The notes: generated by a model not told the origin, from the sequence alone. Positions 50,355-63,879 are shown, counted from the stretch's first letter. The stretch: DNA of 64,000 bases from Chiloscyllium plagiosum (GCF_004010195.1 NC_057749.1:12454591-12518590), one strand, 5' to 3'. Translations and numbers: made by a program.

Positions 50355-50563
50355 CCAAAGAACTGCTGATGTTGGAGATCCAAAACAAAAACAGAAATTA
50401 CTGGCAAAATTTAGCAGGACTGGCAGCCACTGTGAAGATTTAGCAGAATTAAAGTTTCAAGTCCAGTTCTGATGAAGAATCATTGAACTTGAAATGTTCA
50501 TTCTGCTTTTTCCCCTCAGATGCTGCCAGACCTGCTGAGTTTCACTAGCAGTTTCTGTTTTTG
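50355..50563. mobile_element. Older fold-back Penelope-like short element with hammerhead core
   Basis: Inverted arms caaaaacagaaattactgg.. / ..cagtttctgtttttg; CTGATGAagaatcattgaacttGAAAtgtt at 50469. Confidence 0.75.
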
Positions 50564-51134
50564 TACTAAATGTACTTGTTGGGCAATCTATGAAACTATA
50601 CTGCAAAATAGATCTAAAAATGGTCTGAGTGTCAAACTAGCACATGATGTTAACACTCTGATAAATTTGCAGCACAGGCCAATACTCGTTGTGGATTGGT
50701 GCTCATGTAGTTAATTATAGAAAAGACCTCCAATACTTTGGAAAACTTCAACTAAGCACTCAATTCTTTCACTGTTAACGATTGGAATGCTGACTTCCTT
50801 CAGGAATTCTCCTTCTATAGTTCCATAACTTTTAAAATGCAATGTTCTTTTCAACTTATTGTAGTTTCCTGTTTCATTCAATTTGGTTCCCAACAAGAAA
50901 AGTTTCAAACATCTATTACAAGCTGACCACAAACTTCTCTTTTTGAATTGAAACTTTTGGCAGCCGGATCGCACTTCAGAGCCCTGGAAATAATGTTTGA
51001 AGGATACCAAACCTGAATCCTTTACATTGATCTGGAACATTTCAAATGTTGCTCATTGACTGAGCTATGATAGTTCTCCTTGGAGTCACCCTGATCAGAG
51101 CTATCCCTGCTGTCCTGCTTCCAAGGACAGCAGG

Positions 51135-51570
51135 TGTTGGCCTTGGCTCAGTGGTACGCAAGGTCACCTCTGAGCCAAGTTCTACTGCAGAAGTTTGAAC
51201 ACAATATTGAGGCTGACATTTCAGTACAGTAACTGAGGGAATGCGGCACTATCAGAGATGTTGTACTTCGGATGAAACATTAAACTGAGTGCCCACCTGC
51301 CCTCTCAGGAGGATTTGAAATTCCTACAACCATTGTCTTGATGGAGAGCAGGGAAATTCCCTGGTGTCCTAGCCAATATTCATTCTTCAATCAACATTAC
51401 TAAAGCAGATAATGTAAATATTTATTTAATTGCAATTTGTGGAAACTGGCTGTGCACAAATTGGTTTCCTGCATGACAACTGTGACTATGCTTTGAAAGT
51501 GTTTCAATGTCTGTAAAATTCTTTGGGATGCTCTGAAGTGATAAGAAACATTGTGTAGAGCGTGCTTTTG
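51135..51570 (+). mobile_element. DeuSINE (SacSINE1/AmnSINE-like)
   Basis: tRNA-like head tggctcagtggta; Deu-domain-like ggatgaaacattaaactgag...ccctggtgtcctagccaatatt; L2-like tail ctgtaaaattctttgggatg. Confidence 0.7.
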
Positions 51571-51656
51571 TGTCTGTGTGGTTAGGATGATTGGTAACAA
51601 TTTGTTTGTTGGTATTATATCCAGGGTAAAGTGATTCATGGCCTTGCCTGTTTCAG

Positions 51657-51932
51657 GTCTTCCCCGATTCAGTGGTCAACCCCAAGCTGTCTTTGTGCAT
51701 CAAGGCGACACCACCCTGTTAGGATGCGAGGTGAATAGTGATCTTGTTCCTTTTGTGAGGTGGGAACACAACCGTCAGCCTGTAGTGTTGGAAGGAAGGT
51801 TCCTCAAACTGCCCAGTGGCTCCTTGGAGATCGGCAATGTCTCTGACAGTGATGCTGGATCGTACCGCTGCTCTGTGGAAACCGCCGGTCTCTCTAAAAT
51901 GAGCGAAGAGACAGAGCTCACCATTTCACCAG
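51657..51932 (+). CDS. neo1: Neogenin exon encoding Ig domain 2 (exon 3 equivalent)
   Basis: GLPRFSGQPQ...CEVNSDLVPFVRWEHNRQP...YRC is neogenin Ig2 (DLVPFVRWE is neogenin-like rather than DCC-like). Acceptor tttcAG, donor GTAAC; 276 bp, phase 1-1, in frame with the previous exon. Confidence 0.96.
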
Positions 51933-52039
51933 GTAACTGTCTATCCAGCAACTAGGGTAGAGTGATGTAAAAAAACTGGGGCGATGGCCAGGCTGCTGTT
52001 TTTCACCTGTGGACACGGGGGCAATTTTTAAAAAAAAAA

Positions 52040-52250
52040 ACCATTGTTTGAGAGTGGAATGACCTGCCTGAGGAATGACCTGCAGGTACAGTTACAACAT
52101 TTAAAAGACATTTTTATAAGTACATGGATAGGAAATGTTTACAGGGAGATGGCCCAAGCGCAGGCAGGTGGGACTAGTTAAGTTTGGAATTACGGTTGGC
52201 ATGGATTTGTTGAACCAATGGGTCTGTTTCTGTGCTGTATGACTCTATGA
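52040..52250 (+). mobile_element. CR1 3' fragment
   Basis: Matches the CR1 tail at 56470-56680. Confidence 0.8.
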
Positions 52251-52539
52251 TGACCCCAGCGTTTGTGAAGTGAGTTTGGGTAATTTTAATCCAGTGTGCA
52301 ACTGCTTTTATTTCAACATTGTCAGCAATCTCACAGAGAGCGTAAGATGATGGGTAAGTAAATGTGAACTGTCATTCTGTTACAGTTGGGGTTACTCCAA
52401 AATTGATGTTAAGTAAAGTAAGCTTTTACTTTGTCAAACTTTGTCAGTGTACCACTGTAGCAAGCAACCTTTGCCTCAGTGAACTCAAGATTAATTCTGC
52501 AAAAAAATTTTAAAATCTATACTGTTACTCATTCTGCAG

Positions 52540-55500
52540 TTGCATTTTGCAAAGGCAAATCCGGGCAGGACTTAGACATTTAGTGGTAAGGTCCTGGGGA
52601 GTGTTGCTGACCAAAGAGATCTTGGAGTGCAGGTTCATGGAACATAGAATGGTACAGCATAGTACAGGCTCTTCGGCCCTTGATATTGTCCTCGCCTTTT
52701 ATCCTACTCAAGATTAGACTAACCTATATACCCTTCATTGTACTATTCCATGTGCCTATCCAAGAGTCGCTTAAATGTCCCTAATGTATCTGACTCTACT
52801 ACCACTGCTGGCAGTGCATTCCACACACCCAGCACACTCTGTAAAAAAGCTACCTCTGACATCTCTCCTATACATCCTTCCAATTACCTTAATATTATGC
52901 CCCCTCATGATAGACATTACCACTGTGGGCAAACGTCTCTGGCTATCCACTCTATCTAAACCTCTCAACATCTTGTACACCTCTATGAAGTCACCTCTCA
53001 TCCACCTTCACTCCAATGAAAAAGCCCTTGCTCCCTCAACCTTTCTTCATAAGACATGCGCTCCAGTCCAGGCAACATCTTGGTAAATCTCCTCTGCACC
53101 CTCTCTTAAAGTTTCCACATCCTTCCAATAATGAGGTGACCTGACCTGAACACAATATTTCAAGTATGATCCAACCAGGGCTGTGTAGAGTTGCAGCATA
53201 ACCTCGCGGCTGTTAAACTCAATCCCCCTGCTAATGAAAATCAACATACCATACTTAGCCTATCAACTTGTGTAGCAACTTTGAGAGATCTATGGATGTG
53301 GACCCCAAGATCCCACTGTTTTTCCACACTGCCAAGAATCCTGCCTTTAACCCTGTATTCTGCATTCAAATTCGGCCTTCCAAAATTAATCACTTTACAC
53401 TTTTCCAGGTTGAACTCCATCTGCCACTTCTCAGCCCAGTTCTGCATCCTCTTAATGTCTCATTGCAACCTACAATAACCCTTCACACTATCAAAACTCC
53501 TCCAACCTTCATGTCATTGGCAAACTTACTAACCGACCCTTCAATTTCTTCATCCACGGCATTTATAAAAATCACAAAGAGCAGAGGTCCCAGAACCGAT
53601 CCTTGCGGAACATCACTGGTCACCAAGCACCAGGCTGAATACTTTCCATCTACTACCACCCTCTGTCTCCTATGGACCAGCCAATTCTGTATCCAGATAG
53701 CCAGACTTTTGTGTATCCCATGCCTCCTTACTTTCTGAACGAGCCTACCATAGGGAACCTTTTCAAATGCCTTGCTAAACTCCATGTACACCACATCCAC
53801 TGCTGTATCTTCATCAATGTGTTTTGTCACATCCTCAAAGAATTCAATAAGGCTTATGAGGCATGACCTGCCCCTCTCAAAGCCATGCTGGCTATCTCTA
53901 ATCAAACTATGGTCTTCCAAGTAATCATAAATCCTGTCTCTCAGATTCCTGTCTAATACTTTGCCTACCACTGACATAAGACTGACTGGTTTGTAATCCC
54001 CAGGATTATTCCTATTCCCTTTCTTGAAGAAGGGAATAACATTTGCCACCCTTCAATCAGCTGATACTACTCCAGTAGACAGTGAGGACACAAAGATCAT
54101 CGCCACAGGTGCAGCAATCTCTTCCCTTGCTTCCTGTAGTAACCTTGGGTATATCCCATCTAGCTCAGGGGATTTACCAATCCTTATGTTTTTCAAAATT
54201 TTCAGCAAATCCTCCTCCTTAACATCAACCAGTTCTAGCATATCAGTCTGTTTCACGCTGTACTCACAAACGTCAAGGTCCCTCTCAGTGGTGAATACTG
54301 AAGCAAAGTATTCATTAAGGATCTCCCCTACTTCTTCTGACTCCAGGTGCAAGTTCACTCCACTATCCGTGATAGGCCCTACCCTCACTCTGGCCAAACT
54401 CTTGTTCCTCACATAAGTGTAGAATGCCTTAGGGTTTTCCTTAATCCTACCTGCTAAAACTTTCTCATGCCCCCTTCTAGCTCTCTGCAGTTCCTTCCTG
54501 GCCAACATGTAACCCACTAGAACCCTGTCTGATCACTGGCCTCCTCAATCTTAAATAAGCATCCTTCTTCCTCTTGACTAGATGTTCCACATCCCTTGTT
54601 ACCCAAGGTTCTTTGAACCTACCATCTTTTCCTTGCCTCAGTGGGACAAACCTGTCCAGCACTATCAATAAGTGCTTACTAAACAACCTCCACATTTCTG
54701 TGCATTTTCTTGAGAACACTTGTTCCCAATTTATGTTCCACAGTTCCTGCCAAATCGCATGGTAATTCCCCCTTCCCCCAACTGAATACTTTCCCATCTG
54801 CTCTATACCTCTCCATGAATATAGTAAAGGTCAGGGACTTGTGATCACTATCAGTGTAATGCTGTTCCACTGAGAGATCCTACACTTGGCATGCTTCGTT
54901 GCCAAGCACCAAATTCAATATGGCCTCCCCTATCGTCAGCCTATCTACATATTGAGTCAGGAACCTGTTCTGGACACACCTGACTAAATCTCGTCCATCC
55001 AAACTATTTGAACTAAGGAGGTTCCAATCAATATGAGAGAAGTTAAAATCACCCATGACAACAATCCTGTTACTTCTGCACCTTTCCTAAATCTGCATCC
55101 AAATCTTCTCCTCTATGTCTCTGTTGCTACTGGAGGGCCTGTAGAAAGCTCCCAGTAAAGTGACTGCTCCTTTCCTGTTTCTGACATCTACCCATACTGA
55201 CTCTGTAGACAAACTCTCCTCAACAACCTCCCTTTCTGCAGCTGTGATACTCTCCCCAATTAGCAATGCCACTCTCCCACCTCTTTTACCACCCCCCTCA
55301 CATTCCTTTTGAAACATCTAAACCCTGGAACATCCAACAACCACTCCTGCCTCTGTGATATCCAAATGTCCATAATGACCATGACATCATAGTTCCAAGT
55401 ACTGATCCATCCTCTGAGTTCATCATCTTTATTCCTGATACTTCTTGCATTAAAATAGATACACTTCAACCATCACACTGACTGTACCTTTGCCCTATCA

Positions 55501-56685
55501 ACAGTCTATCACTCCTCTCAGGCTCTTTGCACACTGTATCTGGCTGTTCACTACCTACTCCATCATCTGATCCATAGCTCAGGTTCCTACCCCCTGCCAA
55601 TCTTGTTTAAATCCTTCCGAAGAGCTCTAGCAAACCTCTTGTCTAGGATACTAGTGCCCCTCCAGTTCAGGTGCAACCTGTCCTTTCTGTGCAGGTCCCA
55701 CCTTCTCCAGGAGATATTTCAATGATCCACATACCTGAAGCCCTCCCTCCTACACCAGTCCTGCAGACACATGTTCATCTACACTCGCTCTCTGTTCCTA
55801 GCCTCACTAGTACGTGGCATCGGTAGCAATCCTGAGATTACTATTCTGCCCGTTCTGCCTTCTAGCTTTCAGTCTAACTCCCTATATTCTCATTTCAGGT
55901 CCTTCTCCCTTTCCTTATCTATATCATTGGTATCGATGTATACCACAACTTCTGGCTGCTCTCCCTCTCCATTAAGAATCCAGTAGACTCATAGTTCCTT
56001 GAAAGTGGAGTTGCAGGTAGATAGGAGAGTGAAGAAGGCATTTGGTATGCTTTCCTTTCTTGGTCAATGCATTGAATATAGGAATTAGAAGGTCATGTTG
56101 CGGCTGTATAGGATATTGGTAAGGCCACTTTTGGAATGTTGTGTGCAATTCTGGTCTCTGTGCTATAAGAAGGATGTTGTGAAACTTGAAAGGGTTCAGA
56201 AAAGATTTACAAGGATGTTGGCAGGTTTGGAGGGTTTGAGCTATAGGGAGAGGCTGAACAGGCTGGGGCTGTTTTCCCTGGAGCATCGGAGGCTGAGGGG
56301 TGACCTTATAGAGTTTATAAAATCACGAGAGGCATAGATAGGGTAAATAGACAATGTCTTTTCCTTGGCGTGGCGGAGTCCAGAACTAGAGGGCATAGGT
56401 TTAAGGTGAGAGGGGAATGAATTGAAATGGACCTAAGGGGCAACTTTTTCATGCAGAGGGTGGTGCGTGTATGGAATGAGCTGCCAGAGGAAGTGGTGGA
56501 GGCTGGTACAATTACACCATTTAAAAGGCATCTGGATGGGTATATGAATAGTAAGGGTTGAGAGGGATATGGGCCAAGTGCTGGCAAATGGAACCAGATC
56601 AGTTTAGGATATCTGGTCGGCATGGACAAGTTGGACTGAAGGATCTGTTTCTGTGCTGTACATCTCTATGACTGTATGACTGTAT
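52540..56685 (+). mobile_element. CR1 3' fragment (52540-52638 plus 55989-56685) split by an antisense CR1
   Basis: The two halves join seamlessly (gtgcaggttcat|agttccttgaaagtgg); LVRPLLECCVQFWS, RLRGDLIE. Confidence 0.88.
52640..55985 (-). mobile_element. CR1 LINE ~3.35 kb: ORF1 end plus complete but frameshifted ORF2
   Basis: KCIYFNARSIRNK (APE start), YRP, QHGFERGRSCL, VPQGSVLGPLLF, RGDFIEVYK; 3' tail at 52640. Confidence 0.93.
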
Positions 56686-56809
56686 TCATTCTGTCTAATG
56701 GTTTTCAGTGTACAAGTTAGCGCCTGTAAAGTCTGTTATCATTGAAAACAAGAGCTCTGTGTAATTATGATAACTGGTTCACTGACAGTCTCACTTTGTT
56801 CTTTTTCAG

Positions 56810-56960
56810 AGATAGGTGTAGAGCGAAAGATGAAGTTTCTCCAACAACCTGTTCCCATTAGTAAGATAGCAGGCCAGACAGTAATATTACCTTGTGTGGT
56901 CTCTGGCTACCCAACCCCCACCATTCACTGGAGCCGGAATTCAGAGACCATCTTTGAAAG
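56810..56960 (+). CDS. neo1: Neogenin exon, N-terminal half of Ig domain 3 (exon 4 equivalent)
   Basis: EIGVERKMKFLQQP...GQTVILPCVVSGYPTPTIHWSRNSETIFE. Acceptor ctttttcAG, donor GTGCGT; phase 1-2. Confidence 0.93.
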
Positions 56961-58109
56961 GTGCGTTATTGTTTCCATTCGCAGAGTGAACTTGTTAGTT
57001 CAGACTGAGAGAACATCTTTGATTATTCATTTAGCACCCTTAATTTATACAACTCCATGTGACTCACTTGCCTGTAGGATTTTGCCATTTTCTTGGGTCT
57101 GTGGCAAGTTGGCATATAAATATGGTTTTGAGGCAGGATGGGATGAAAACCCTTTCATAAAATGCCATCTGTGTGGACATTGCAGCCCAGTCACTCTTTC
57201 TTTGCTCTAGAAATCCTGCTACACAGACATCAATCATAAATTACTAGGTATGAATTGCAGAATAATGAGCTCATTCAATTTAACTGAATTTGAGAGCTAA
57301 AGAAAATATGGAAAATGCACAACTTAGAAGTAATCATCTGTGGCTTTGCAGAATGGAGTGAAAATCAAATCGAGAAGCAGAGTTACGAGGCAGCGAAAAT
57401 GTAAACCACATCACAGATAGAATCAGCCTCCACTTAAAAGCTAGGCAATCGCACAATTTTGACTCAATATTGTGATCCATGGTTAATATACAAAACTTGC
57501 GATGTGATGGATTAATGGCTGTGGTGCCAGGTTGGTAAATCAGAGTGTAGAGTTCAACTCCAACCATGGCACACTGTGGAATTTAATTCATTAATCAATG
57601 AAGGTTAATCGTTTATGAGCTGGTATCAAAAAAATGACCACAAAACCTGCTGGATTATGATAAAATCCAATTTCCCAAAGCCCTTCAGAGAAGGGAAGCT
57701 GCCTCATCTGTTTTGCTTGGAATTTCAGTTTCAACCTAAATGGCCACTGGTATCAATAATAAATATCCCTTTGCCAGTATTACCTGCATCCTGAAGAGCA
57801 GATTTCAAAAATATTTTGGAATAGATTTGGTTGGAATGCTGGCTTTAACTGCATTGCAGAATACGCAGCGAGTTTTAAAAGTACATCACCACCACTGGAA
57901 GGAGGGTGTAATTACAGCAAGAAAGGCTGATAGAGGCAGCCTGCGTTCCCCATAAGTATACAAGGACTTATAATTGAGAACAGTTGACAAAAATATTGAG
58001 AGATCTGGACATGTATTTGATGAAACCATTAAATAATTGCTCATAAGACAAGAACATAACAAGGAACAGGACAGGGGCAGACCATTTGGCCCTTTAAGCC
58101 ATTTTTAAA

Positions 58110-58900
58110 AATTCATTCATGGGATGTGGGTGTGGCTGACTGGGTCAGCATTTACTGTCCATCCCTAATTGCCCTTGAATAGATGGTGATGAGCTGCCTT
58201 CTTGAACTGCTGAAGGTATGCCTCCAGGCTGTTCGAAAGGAAGTTCCAAGATTTCGATCCAGAATCATTGAAAACAATTGATGTACTTTCAAGTCAGGAT
58301 AGTATGGGAAACTTCTGACTGGAGGTGCTGAACTTTGTGCAATCATTATAATTGACATCCCCACTGCTGACCTGATGATGGAGGGAAGGTCATTAATGAA
58401 ATAGTTGAGGATGGTAGGACCAAGGACAGTCAGTTGAGGATCTCTGTGACTGTTATGGTGTAGTGATAGTGTCCCTACCTCTGAGTCAGGAAGCTTGTGT
58501 TCAAGTCCTACCTGCTCCAGAGGTACGTAATAACATATCCGAATAGGACAATTAGAAAATTGAAAACAAAAGTTCTGAAGATTTCCTACAGAGATGTCCT
58601 GGATCTGAGAAGTCTGACCTCCAACTACCACAGCCATCCTCCTTTGTTTAAGGCATGACTGCCACCACAACCACCCAGCCCTCGCTTTTCCTTGATTCCA
58701 GTTTTGTTTGGGCACTTTCATGCCACATTCAGTCAAAAGCAACTTGATGTCAAGGGCAGCCACTCTCCCCTCATCTCTGCAATTCAGTTTTTTTTCTATG
58801 TCTGCACTAAGGCTATGATGAGGTCAGCAACTGCATGCCCTTGGCAGAACCAAGTTGAGCAACAGTGATTGAGTTATTAAGTTATTGCTGCTCTGATGGG
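58110..58900 (-). mobile_element. Internally deleted L2/CR1-like LINE with a nested short tRNA-SINE (58450-58560)
   Basis: VLGPTILNYFINDLPSII RT motif; 3' end attcattcatgggatgtggg. Confidence 0.7.
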
Positions 58901-59409
58901 TCTGACTTTGGTCTAGTGAAGGGTTAAGTAGCCAAGATGGTTGCTGCTGTTCACTGACTGTCCTTTTGCCTGTGGTGTAAATGAAACACTGGCTGAGAAT
59001 AGCAGTGGACTTGGCCAACATACTCTTTTCAGACATGTACAACGGTGACAGGACAAGATGTAGAACACCAGCATGAAATGCCTCTTCAGAATAGACAGGA
59101 GAAGAAGAGGGAAGAGGGAAGAAATAGGATTTTGAGGTTGAGGTAGAAGAGGGCTGCTGTGAGCAGAGAGAATTCCCTGAGGTTTGTTTTTTCTAAGTAT
59201 ATTTTCCCCAAGTGGCCTACACTGAGATAATAGACACATCCCAAACAGGGAAGTGAATGTCCAGTTAAAGTTGTGCCTGAAGCTGTGTGCAGACCGGCAG
59301 GGACTTTCCTTCAGCTGTTTTTAGGTGCTACTGAAATGGTGGAAACAGCAGGAATTTATCAGATAAACTTTATGGATGATTTCTGATTGAAGTGGATGTA
59401 ATTTAATGA

Positions 59410-59533
59410 AGAAGGGCTTATGCCCGAAACGTCGATTCTCCTGCTCCTTGGACGCTGCCTGACCTGCTGCGGTTTTCCAGCAACACATTTTTCAGCTCTG
59501 ATCTCCAGCATCTGCAGTCCTCACTTTCTCCTC
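59410..59533 (+). mobile_element. Short hammerhead-bearing Penelope-like insertion (single arm)
   Basis: TGAAGAagggcttatgcccGAAACGTCgattctcc...ctcactttctcc; 12-bp TSD gt(a/g)atttaatga with one mismatch. Confidence 0.82.
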
Positions 59534-62371
59534 GTGATTTAATGATGGTCTATAATTCAATACATTCTGCTGGGGCTGAGAAGTAAGCAAATGGAGCTAC
59601 AGCCATCATGGTGATGTTGAATACAGATTATTGTCTATTCAGGCTGTTTCTGCTTGCTGCGCGTTTATATTAGTATTAAAAAGCATTTTATGTTAAAGCA
59701 GATGTTTGCAGAGAGCAGCTGCTCGCAGGCTCATGTAGAATAATGAATTTTGTAACTTACCAGTGTGTAAGACTGGGGAAAATAAGTAGTTAATCTAAAA
59801 TGAGCCAAAACTTCTGCATTTATCTTGAAGTATTGTCAGAAACTGATAACAAAAGTGACTATTCACTTATGCAGCAATGTAATCTATTACATTCGATTCA
59901 AACCCCAAACAAGCATTGTAATGGTTATGACGAGACAGAGTCAAATTCCCAGCCCCTTAAAATAAACTTCGTGGATTCTGACCTTATCCAAGCACTCTGA
60001 GCAGTCAGTGTCTTGTGAGTGCTGCCTACAGGGGAGATTGTATTCCCTTACATATGTTGTATCTTCTCTCAAATTATTATGGATGAGATTTAACTCCTTC
60101 AAGACACAGGCATTTGGACAGAGTTACAGTAAGCCCAAAATATATGTAACTGTTGCTGAGTGTGCGCACGTGTGAGTGTTATCCATGTGAGGGATTCTCC
60201 AACCCAAGTTGTAGCTCAGCAAACAATTCCTTTGTCTCCTTCAGCAAGTTAATTTGTTGTTCTTAACCTCTTCAGAAGTCCCAGTAGCATCCCTGCCTCT
60301 GTTCAGATAATGATTCCCAGGTTTTTGGCATCCCTGTTTCCTGGTAGCTGATGTTCTCCACTAATCCACATTTCAACTTCAGATAAGTTATGTGCTGACT
60401 TTCTGTTTCATTACCTGCAGTGTAGTGATGTTAAGACAGTTACATAATAAGATGAAAGACTGCCAAATATGTGGATATTTCAGCTCCTATTGAGTTCAGG
60501 CACTCTCTGTACTACAGAGGCGTTGAATGAGGTATCCCCTGGGGGAATCAAATTCAAACGCAAACTCAGAACTGTGTTATAAAAACAGATCCACATTTTA
60601 TTAATTTGGGCTCATTCCAACAACCTTTTAATATGATAGCTATCTCTATATCAGGACTCCAATTAGGTGAAACGTAATTGCAGGGTCTCTTCTGAAATCC
60701 AGTCTGACAGGCCTTTTAAGCTGTGGTTGAATTTTTAAAATTCAGTGTAAACCCAGAGGTTTGTTCCTTGCCAACCACTTCACAATATAGGCAGGAATGT
60801 TGGCTAATAATGTGCTTAATTCTCACTTAAAGAATCCTTCAAATTATCCAGCCCATCCTGTTGTGAGTTGTACATCACCTAAATATACACCCAAGACTTT
60901 ACACCAAAAGCCCATTAATCCTGGGAAAGCATATTGCCTTTGGAGAAAACTAAGAAATGTCTCCTTGTGGATGATTTTCCTTTTCCTCTCTCTTTCTTGG
61001 AAACCCTGACTGCGCTGCCTGCAGATTTTTGTCCCAAGGAGTTATTCCTTCGGTGTGTGCCTGGTAAAGGAACAGAAAACCATTTCACCTTGAGTCTGTT
61101 CTGCTGTTCGGGTAGATCATTACTGATATATTTCGTGCCTTGATTTCTGTGAACTCGAATACCCTTGCCTAACAAAAGGGTACTTAATGTTGTTCTATAC
61201 TTCAGCTTAATTTACTTCCATTTCTCTTAATCCTTTTATCTAACAAAACATTTATTGATCTTAGTTTTGAAAGTGTCAATTGATCTGGATTCTCTGGTGG
61301 CAGGCTACTTTCAAGACATCTCAGCCCAATGCTCTGCTCGTGCAACATTCACTCAGAGGAATCACTGGACAATGGTCACACGAGAACCATGACTTATTTT
61401 TTCCTTCCATAACCCTGGGGTTAATTGTAGTGTTCACACTGAGATTAATTATTTCACTAAAGCTATGAACTTGGACCTTCTGGTTTGAATGCCTCAGTGT
61501 GAAAGCAGGCAGTTCCATTTACCCTGTCTTTGCATTGACTTGGTCATTGCAATAATAATGCATGGGTTCAGGGAAGGTGGATGGTGATGCAGAAGCACTG
61601 ACTACATAAGACCTAAGGAGTAAGCTTCTGAAGGAATCTGATGAATGATGGGACTGTGGAGGCCAAAGTTAACAGAAATTCTACTCTTGGAATATCAAGA
61701 GAGACATAGTGAAATGTTTGGATAATTACTTTGACAGTGAGAAAAAATTTCCACTTATTCTTTGTTTGTTGAAATCCTGTGTGTTAATGAAAAGCTATGG
61801 CTGAGATGAGAAGGGGTTGTTATTTGCAGAGTTTCATTATTGAGAAGGGCACATTATGGAGGCTCAAGCAGGTTAACCAACTTCCACTGCAGAATGACAT
61901 GATTCTAAGGTGAAAATCATACAGTTATTGAAATCAAGACTGAATAATTTAATAGGATGTTATAATTCAAGTCATCAATAACTTTTCAAAACAAATTTTA
62001 ATTCTGAAATTTAAAGATTGAACAAGATTATTTGTAAGTGGGGATCAGACTTTAGAGAATAGATGGGAGAGTTTGTATTTTTAAAGTTTAGTTTTCAGGA
62101 TGTTGCTGACAAGGCCAGAGTTTATTGCTATGAGAAGGTAGTGGTGAGTCTAGCTGAGCAACTACAGTCAGTGTGCTGTACATACACTGTGCTGTTAGCG
62201 ACGGAGTTCCAGGATTTTGAAACAGTGACAATACAACAGGTGAGAAAGAGGGTAGGATTTTTACTAGTTAAAAAGATGGTTGCCTTTATTCCTACTGTTT
62301 TCTTTTTGTATTTCATATTATGCTCTGTTATCTGACTTCCCTTTCTTAATAATGTCTGTTTAAAAATGTAG

Positions 62372-62508
62372 GTTCCAGAAGATCACTTTGGTCGGAAGTG
62401 GTAGTCTACAGATAAGTGATGTCTCAGAAGATGATGCTGGGATTTACAACTGCATTGTGGAGAATGGGAATGAAACGATGCATGCTCAAACAGAGCTTAG
62501 TGTGCAAG
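62372..62508 (+). CDS. neo1: Neogenin exon, C-terminal half of Ig domain 3 (exon 5 equivalent)
   Basis: (R)FQKITLVGSGSLQISDVSEDDAGIYNCIVENGNETMHAQTELSVQ. Acceptor tgtAG at 62370-62371, donor GTACAA; phase 2-1, joins in frame to the previous exon. Confidence 0.92.
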
Positions 62509-63879
62509 GTACAATAACCAAACATATAACTAAGTGTGTTGGGGATATCTCAGCTCCTTTAGATGATCACTCTCAGTTTGGGTAATTACACAAATCAGGC
62601 ACGATCCATTTACTATTAACACAATAATGCTTTGCGCAGTGGAGTGTGTGATGTGTGTAGTTAAGGTCTGTGTGGGGTGAGTAGATGGTATAATTGTTTA
62701 TTTGTTGTTCAGACACAAATCATTCAGCCCAACAATCTAACGAGCTTTCTCCTATCTCACTTCCTTTCACCCACTAAGCATAGCCTTCGATTACTTTCTC
62801 ATTTATTTAGGAAAGCTCTTCGAAACTTATCGAAAATGAAAGCAAATAATGCAGATGCTAAAAAACTGAAATTTTAAAAAAAATCCTAGCGAAACTCAGC
62901 AGGTCTGATAGCATATGTAGAGAGAAAAACAGTTTCGACAGCACTTTGTGTTTTTGTTTTATATTTTATCTCATAAATGAACACACATTCTAATGATAAC
63001 ATTGTTTTGGACACTGGAACCAGAAACAGCTTTTTGCTCATTTGCTCCCCTCCTGCTATGAGGATGCTGCTGATGAAGAGGTTTTGCATGTTCCAAAAGC
63101 ATAGTCCCACCTAAGTATAAATTTAAATCTTGAAAATAATCTGGAGTCCAGCAGGGAAATGCTGTCAAAAACTTGTCATTTAATTCTTTCTTTGATTTTT
63201 TTTTCTGAGCATTGCCAGTTTCCAGCTTCTGACCAGGCTTGCTCACAACAGTTATGAGTCTAGCCCTTTCTGAGCCTATTTGGCCTGTTCCATTTATATG
63301 GAGATGTTGGATGTGCTCTGGGTGTTTACTGTGTTGGTTCATGCACATAGTCCCATTTCCTTTCAGGTTTTCTTCTTCATCCCAGATCCCAATCCTGATC
63401 TGTGCTACTGACTTAATTGCAATTTATGCCTTTGAGTCCCTCAGGTTGGTAAGGGAATGTCAGCCAGAATTTTGCATCCCGATCACTATTCAATGCCCTG
63501 ACCCCAACTAGACAACGACCATCAGTGTTGGGCAGGAGCCAATGTTACTCTGATGCCTACTATGGTTGACTAGCCTGGTTGCAGATCGGAGATACTTTGG
63601 AAATGGTCATTTTGGAAAGTACTAGCAGCTGACCTGAGAATTAACAGTAATATGTTTGAACTCAGCAGTACGATGCCTGGTTCCCTTCTCCCAAACTCCA
63701 GTTGTTTGGTGAGCACTCTGAGCTGTGAGATCAAATATTGAAGATTATTAAATCACTGCTGCTAGCAGTGGAATGAGATTAAAGTAATGAATTAAGATTA
63801 AATCACACATAGAATGTATCATACAGACATATGTCCAATAGGCCATCAAACTTTAAGATATAGAAGCAGACGTGGCCAA

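Noticed and set aside
62379..62508. Alternative acceptor ttccAG for the last exon
   Set aside because: It would be out of frame with the preceding phase-2 donor.
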